Source: Candidatus Arthromitus sp. SFB-mouse-Japan (GTDB lineage Bacteria > Bacillota > Clostridia > Clostridiales > Clostridiaceae). From it: a stretch of 32,000 bases of DNA. Shown here piece after piece: positions 27,530 to 32,000 of this stretch. The notes below the pieces were generated by a model. It was not told the DNA's origin. It ran no database searches and was given only the letters and a program-made list of their open reading frames with translations. Numbering within the stretch: position 1 is the stretch's first letter; each line of letters opens with the position of its first letter. The DNA is taken from positions 1 to 32,000 of the forward strand of contig NC_015913.1 in the NCBI RefSeq assembly GCF_000270205.1, written 5' to 3'. Made by a program: the position numbers and the translations under genes.

Positions 27530-30500
27530 ATGTCATACACAGAAGCGAATTATGAAAATGCTTTGATTGAGGTTTTCAGAGATACTCTTTCTTATAATTA
27601 TTTATACGGACCAGATATAAGCCGTGATTATTCAGATGCTATTTATATGGATGAGCTTACACCATCTCTTAAGAGAATAAACAAAGACATCCCACAATCT
27701 GCAATTAATGAATGCATAAATAAACTAAGAAACATTGAAGGTGGAACCTTACTTGATAAAAATAGAATATTTATGAATTATCTACAAAATGGAGTGAGCG
27801 TCAACTGTTTTAATAACGGAAATCAGGAAAGCTATTTAGTTAAGCTTGCCGATTATAACTGCCTAGAGAAAAATACCTTCACAATAGTTAATCAGTGGAC
27901 AATTGTTGAAAATAGTGAGAAGAGACCAGACCTTATTTTATTTTTAAATGGTATTCCTATTGTGGTATTTGAGCTTAAGTCTCCAAGTCGTGAAGAGACA
28001 AGCGTGTCAGAAGCATATAATCAGCTCAGAAATTATATGTACGAGATACCTTCTCTTTTTAATTACAATGCTTTTTTAGTTATGAGTGATCTTGCAGTAT
28101 CAAAGGCTGGAACTATAACAAGTAGTGAAGATAGATTCATGGAGTGGAAAACTAAGGATGGAAGCTATGAAAATACCTCTTATGCTCAGTTTGATACTTT
28201 TATTGAAGGAATGTTTGATAAAGCTCGCCTACTTGATATCATCAAAAATTTTATATGCTTTTCTGAAAATTCAAAAATATTTTCAGCCTATCATCAATAT
28301 TTCGCTGTTAGAAAAGCTATTAAATCGACTCTTAATGCTTTAGAAAGCGATGGAAAAGCTGGAGTATTTTGGCACACACAAGGGAGTGGTAAATCCCTAT
28401 CTATGCTATTTTATGCTCATCTTCTTTGTGAAACCATAAATTCTCCAACTATACTTGTACTTACAGATAGAAATGATTTAGATGATCAACTCTTCTCTCA
28501 GTTTTCTAAATGTAAAGATTTTCTTTATCAAGTTCCAAATAAGGCAGAAAGCCGTGAGCATTTGAAAAAACTTCTTGCTGGAAGAGAGGCAAATGGAATC
28601 ATTTTTTCAACAATTCAAAAGTTTGAGGAAAGTACAGAGCCTCTATCAGAGAGAAAAAATATTATAATCATGGCAGATGAGGCCCATAGGGGACAGTATG
28701 GATTAGATGAGAAAGTTGATAAAAATACAGGGCGTATAAGTTTTGGTATAGCTAGAATAATACGAGATAATTTCCCTAACGCAACATATATAGGTTTCAC
28801 AGGAACTCCGATTTCATTAAAAGATAGATCTACAATTGAGGTGTTTGGAAATTATATTGATATATATGATATGACTCAAGCTGTAGAAGATGGAGCAACT
28901 CGCCCAGTTTATTATGAAAGCCGTGTAATTAAATTGAATTTGGATAACTCTATATTGGAGATGATAGATAAAGAGTATGAAATTTTATCTAATAACGCTG
29001 AGATTCATGCAATTGAGAAGAGTAAAAAAGAACTTGGAAGATTAGAGAGTATACTTGGAGCAGATCAAACTATAGACTCTTTAACTAGAGATATCGTAAT
29101 GCACTATGAAGAAAACAGACAGTATGAATTAACAGGTAAAGCAATGATAGTTGCATATTCTCGCCCTATTGCTATGAAAATTTATCATAAAATTTTAGAA
29201 TTAAAGCCTGAATGGGAAGAAAAAGTATATGTTGTTATGACTTCAGGAAATAACGATCCAGAAGATTGGAGAAAAATAATAGGAAATAAACGTTATAAGG
29301 ATGAACTAGCCAAAAAATTTAAGGATAATGGATCTTCATTTAAAATAGCAATTGTTGTTGATATGTGGCTTACTGGATTTGATGTTCCATCTCTTGCAAC
29401 TATGTATATATATAAACCTATGAGTGGTCATAATTTAATGCAGGCTATAGCTAGAGTTAATAGAGTTTATAAAAATAAAGAGGGCGGACTTATAGTTGAT
29501 TATATTGGAATTGCAGGAGCTTTGAAAAAGGCGATGAGCGATTACACAAAGAGAGATAAGGTAAATTATGGGGAGAGTGATATCTCAAAAATTGCTTATC
29601 CAAAGTTTATAGAAAAACTTGAGGTATGTCGTGCTCTTTTGCATGGGTTTGATTATTCCTCATTTATGCTTAAATCATTAACAGATCTTACGCGTGCAAA
29701 ACTTATAAGTGGAGGCGTTAACTTTCTATCAGATCCATCAAGAAAGGAGGATAAAAAATTCTATATAAAAGAGTCGCTTCTCTTGCGTCAATCTGTTTCA
29801 CTTTGTCGCTCTATTTTAACTAAGGATCAAAGACTTGAATCTGCATATTTTGAAGCACTTCGTACACTACTTACACGCATAACAGGAGAAAATAAACCTC
29901 TTTCTTTAAAAGATATAAATAAGCATATTAATGACTTATTAAAAGAGAGTATAAAAAGTGATGGTATTATAAATTTATTTTCTGATATTGATATTGGGGT
30001 TTCTATATTTGATGAAAAATTTTTAGAAGAAGTTTCAAATATGAAAGAGAAGAATTTGGCAGTTGAAATGTTAAAGAAACTTTTAAATGAACAGATTTCA
30101 GTATATAAAAGGAATAATATTGTTAAATCACAAAAATTTTCGGAAATGTTAAATAAGGCTATGAGGTTATATATAAATGGAATGATCACAAATGAAGAGA
30201 TAATAGAAGAGCTATTAAAGATGGCACGAGATATATCACGCTCCTCAGAAGAGGCAGAATCACTTGGACTTAGTGATGAGGAGATGGCATTTTATGATGC
30301 ACTAACTCGACCAGAGGCTATAAAAGATTTTTACACAAATCAAGAACTTGTAGCACTCACTCGTATGCTTACAGACAGCTTAAGAAGAAGTAGAACTATA
30401 GATTGGCAGAAAAAGGATACTGCGAGAGCAAAAATGCGTAGAATGGTTAGAAAACTTTTAAAAGACTATGATTATCCACCAAAAGGTTTAGAGGATGCCG

Positions 30501-30565
30501 TGGCAACAGTATTATCTCAATGCGAAATTTGGGCAGATTTTGGAGAAGAAAGTTATAGAGTTTAA
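27530..30565 (+). CDS. hsdR: Type I restriction enzyme endonuclease/translocase subunit HsdR
   Basis: 1011-aa ORF with an AAGGAGG RBS. N-terminal PD-(D/E)xK nuclease PDLILFLNGIPIVVFELKSP. SF2 motifs TQGSGKS and MADEAHRGQ (DEAH). Conserved C-terminal helical domain (EEMAFYDAL...DYDYPP). Confidence 0.95.
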   Translation: MSYTEANYENALIEVFRDTLSYNYLYGPDISRDYSDAIYMDELTPSLKRINKDIPQSAINECINKLRNIEGGTLLDKNRIFMNYLQNGVSVNCFNNGNQESYLVKLADYNCLEKNTFTIVNQWTIVENSEKRPDLILFLNGIPIVVFELKSPSREETSVSEAYNQLRNYMYEIPSLFNYNAFLVMSDLAVSKAGTITSSEDRFMEWKTKDGSYENTSYAQFDTFIEGMFDKARLLDIIKNFICFSENSKIFSAYHQYFAVRKAIKSTLNALESDGKAGVFWHTQGSGKSLSMLFYAHLLCETINSPTILVLTDRNDLDDQLFSQFSKCKDFLYQVPNKAESREHLKKLLAGREANGIIFSTIQKFEESTEPLSERKNIIIMADEAHRGQYGLDEKVDKNTGRISFGIARIIRDNFPNATYIGFTGTPISLKDRSTIEVFGNYIDIYDMTQAVEDGATRPVYYESRVIKLNLDNSILEMIDKEYEILSNNAEIHAIEKSKKELGRLESILGADQTIDSLTRDIVMHYEENRQYELTGKAMIVAYSRPIAMKIYHKILELKPEWEEKVYVVMTSGNNDPEDWRKIIGNKRYKDELAKKFKDNGSSFKIAIVVDMWLTGFDVPSLATMYIYKPMSGHNLMQAIARVNRVYKNKEGGLIVDYIGIAGALKKAMSDYTKRDKVNYGESDISKIAYPKFIEKLEVCRALLHGFDYSSFMLKSLTDLTRAKLISGGVNFLSDPSRKEDKKFYIKESLLLRQSVSLCRSILTKDQRLESAYFEALRTLLTRITGENKPLSLKDINKHINDLLKESIKSDGIINLFSDIDIGVSIFDEKFLEEVSNMKEKNLAVEMLKKLLNEQISVYKRNNIVKSQKFSEMLNKAMRLYINGMITNEEIIEELLKMARDISRSSEEAESLGLSDEEMAFYDALTRPEAIKDFYTNQELVALTRMLTDSLRRSRTIDWQKKDTARAKMRRMVRKLLKDYDYPPKGLEDAVATVLSQCEIWADFGEESYRV

Positions 30566-30605
30566 AAAATGCATCTCAAAATTTATTGAGATGCATTTTT
30601 ATTTT
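30564..30605. terminator. Bidirectional intrinsic terminator between convergent hsdR and chrA
   Basis: ATGCATCTCAA (30569-30579) / TTGAGATGCAT (30586-30596), flanked by an A-run on the left and a T-run on the right. Confidence 0.75.
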
Positions 30606-31135
30606 AAAAAAATTACTCCAAGTATTCCTGATAGCAAAATTATTTTTAGAGGTGATAGTTTAAATTTTAAATTAAATAGGAGCAAGATCAAAAATAATAT
30701 TAGATTTATTTTATCTATTCCTGATGATGAAAAAAGTGATTTACTTGCAATATTTATAACGGAATAAATTAAGAGTGAAAGTATTACAGGTCTTATATTT
30801 TTTAGAGTGCTTTCAAGATAAATGTTATTTTTAAATTTGTTTATGAATTTTGATACAAGGATAATTATTATAAAAGATGGAAGAACTACTCCAAGCGTTG
30901 AGAATATAGCACCTATTATTCTAGAATTTCTGAAACCAATGAATGTACTTATATTAATTGCGAAAGGTCCCGGGGTTGATTCTGATATTGCGATGAATTC
31001 TAGGAGTTCATTGTTAGTTGCCCAAGAATATTTAAGTATGTATTCTTTAATTAGAGGTATCATTGCATACCCACCACCGAATGTAAAGAGACCAATTTTA
31101 AAGAATACAGAAAGAAGCATAAAATTTATTCCCAT
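30599..31135 (-). CDS. chrA: Chromate transporter family protein, short-chain ChrA, distal half of a pair
   Basis: 178-aa ORF with the ChrA signature FFKIGLFTFGGGYAMIPLI and ESTPGPFAIN. Multiple TM helices. Confidence 0.85.
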   Translation of the reverse strand: MGINFMLLSVFFKIGLFTFGGGYAMIPLIKEYILKYSWATNNELLEFIAISESTPGPFAINISTFIGFRNSRIIGAIFSTLGVVLPSFIIIILVSKFINKFKNNIYLESTLKNIRPVILSLLIYSVINIASKSLFSSSGIDKINLILFLILLLFNLKFKLSPLKIILLSGILGVIFLK

Positions 31136-31681
31136 TTAAATCTTCCCTCTAAATCTAATTATTAAAATGTTTATAATGATAGATATAATTAAAATTGTAA
31201 TTGAACTTATAGGAGTAAAGAAACATAACAAAAGTACAAGTACCATTATTGGATAATAGTATTTAGTTTTTTTAGATTTTTTGTTCATCTTTAATACTGT
31301 AAATGCGAGCATAACTATAACTCCTATTTTTATACCGCTAAGAAAACCAGATATTATTCTAATTTCTTTAAAGTAATCTAAGAAAAATGATATCAAGAGT
31401 ATTATTATAAAGGATGGAAGAACTATGCCAAGAGTTGATACAGTTGCACCAATAAAACCACAAAGTTTGTAACCAATAAATGTCGCACAATTTATAGATA
31501 CAGGTCCTGGTGTGCATTCAGAAATTGAAAATATATCAAGCAGCTCATCTTGAGTTATAAATTTGTTTTTCTCAGTTATTTCTTTTTCGATAAATGGTAA
31601 CATTGAATATCCACCGCCAAAGGTTAGTAGCCCAATCTTAAAAAAAGTAGTAAAAAGAGTATATAAAGTTTTGCGCTTCAA
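31136..31681 (-). CDS. chrA: Chromate transporter family protein, short-chain ChrA, proximal half of a pair
   Basis: 181-aa ORF (TTG start, GGAGGG RBS) with FFKIGLLTFGGGYSMLPFI and ECTPGPVSIN. Its TAA stop abuts the ATG of the next chrA (TAAATG). Confidence 0.85.
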   Translation of the reverse strand: MKRKTLYTLFTTFFKIGLLTFGGGYSMLPFIEKEITEKNKFITQDELLDIFSISECTPGPVSINCATFIGYKLCGFIGATVSTLGIVLPSFIIILLISFFLDYFKEIRIISGFLSGIKIGVIVMLAFTVLKMNKKSKKTKYYYPIMVLVLLLCFFTPISSITILIISIIINILIIRFRGKI

Positions 31682-31693
31682 GTTATCCCTCCA

Positions 31694-32000
31694 TTAATTT
31701 TGTTTTATAAATATAAAATTCTTATCTTCACAAAAGTTTTTTATATTGTAGTAGATTAGAATCTCTTCTAAATTATTTTCCTTAAGATAGTTAATTATAT
31801 TTTTTGTGTAAAACCTTAAATCTAATACGTGTATTTCCTCAAAGTGATTTACTAAAAAAGGTATAAAAGAGTTAGCATAAGAGTCTTTTATTATACACAA
31901 TTTTTTATTGTTATGAATAGATGTAGTTATTTTAATTAAGGGATGATTGTTATCAAGAAATATATTATAGTGATCTCTAGCGTTATTTAAATATGAAAAG
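31694..32000 (-). CDS. C-terminal part of a DHHW-family-like protein (truncated by the window edge)
   Basis: The track lists 31694-31900. My translation of the same minus-strand frame stays open to base 32000 (...FSYLNNARDHYNIFLDNNHPLIKITTSIHNNKKLCIIKDSYANSFIPFLVNHFEEIHVLDLRFY...). The KDSYANSFIPFL..HF..IHVLDLRFY pattern resembles the C-terminus of clostridial DHHW proteins as I remember them. Confidence 0.5.
   Translation of the reverse strand, partial: FSYLNNARDHYNIFLDNNHPLIKITTSIHNNKKLCIIKDSYANSFIPFLVNHFEEIHVLDLRFYTKNIINYLKENNLEEILIYYNIKNFCEDKNFIFIKQN

Noticed and set aside
30566-30640. Search for a right-end att repeat (copy of the tRNA-Arg 3' end) or an integrase at the island boundary.
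   Set aside because: No sequence resembling GGTTCGAATCCTCTCCTGTGTGCCA is visible at the right junction, and no recombinase ORF exists in the block. The island hypothesis therefore rests on composition, gene content and the left-end relic only.
30495-31139. Plus-strand ORFs 30495-30767 and 30822-31139.
   Set aside because: They run through the hsdR terminator or lie antisense to the chrA genes. The minus-strand frames carry clear ChrA signatures.

Overview
Replication-origin region of a very AT-rich Firmicute, probably Clostridia-like. My hand counts of 60-nt samples give about 15-20% GC in lineage-specific genes and about 30% in gyrB. The window opens on the GTG start of dnaA. The gene order is dnaA, an oriC segment, dnaN, recF, remB-like DUF370, gyrB, gyrA, tRNA(CAT), tRNA-Ala, an HD-domain protein, serS, an orphan membrane-anchored protein, two tRNA-Ser genes, addB, addA, cca (minus strand), yhaM, a DUF1189-like membrane protein and tRNA-Arg. 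Everything up to 19.8 kb is co-oriented with replication. Directly after tRNA-Arg lies a roughly 7.5 kb block of different composition (about 35-38% GC in samples). It carries PadR plus DUF1048, a PhnB-like VOC protein, and a complete Type I restriction-modification operon (hsdM, small extra ORF, hsdS, hsdR). The window ends with a split chrA pair and a partial DHHW-like gene on the minus strand. I found no rRNA, CRISPR array, transposase or integrase. I do not see a convincing, wholly new multi-gene system. The points most worth follow-up are the tRNA-adjacent island with its T-arm-like relic hairpin, the degenerate orphan HEPN-like ORF inside the Type I R-M operon, the VOC gene apparently fused transcriptionally to hsdM, the orphan 533-aa protein with an internal duplication between serS and the tRNA-Ser genes, and a clear DnaA-trio-like array in the dnaA-dnaN spacer. 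All family calls rest on motif recognition by eye, not on database searches.
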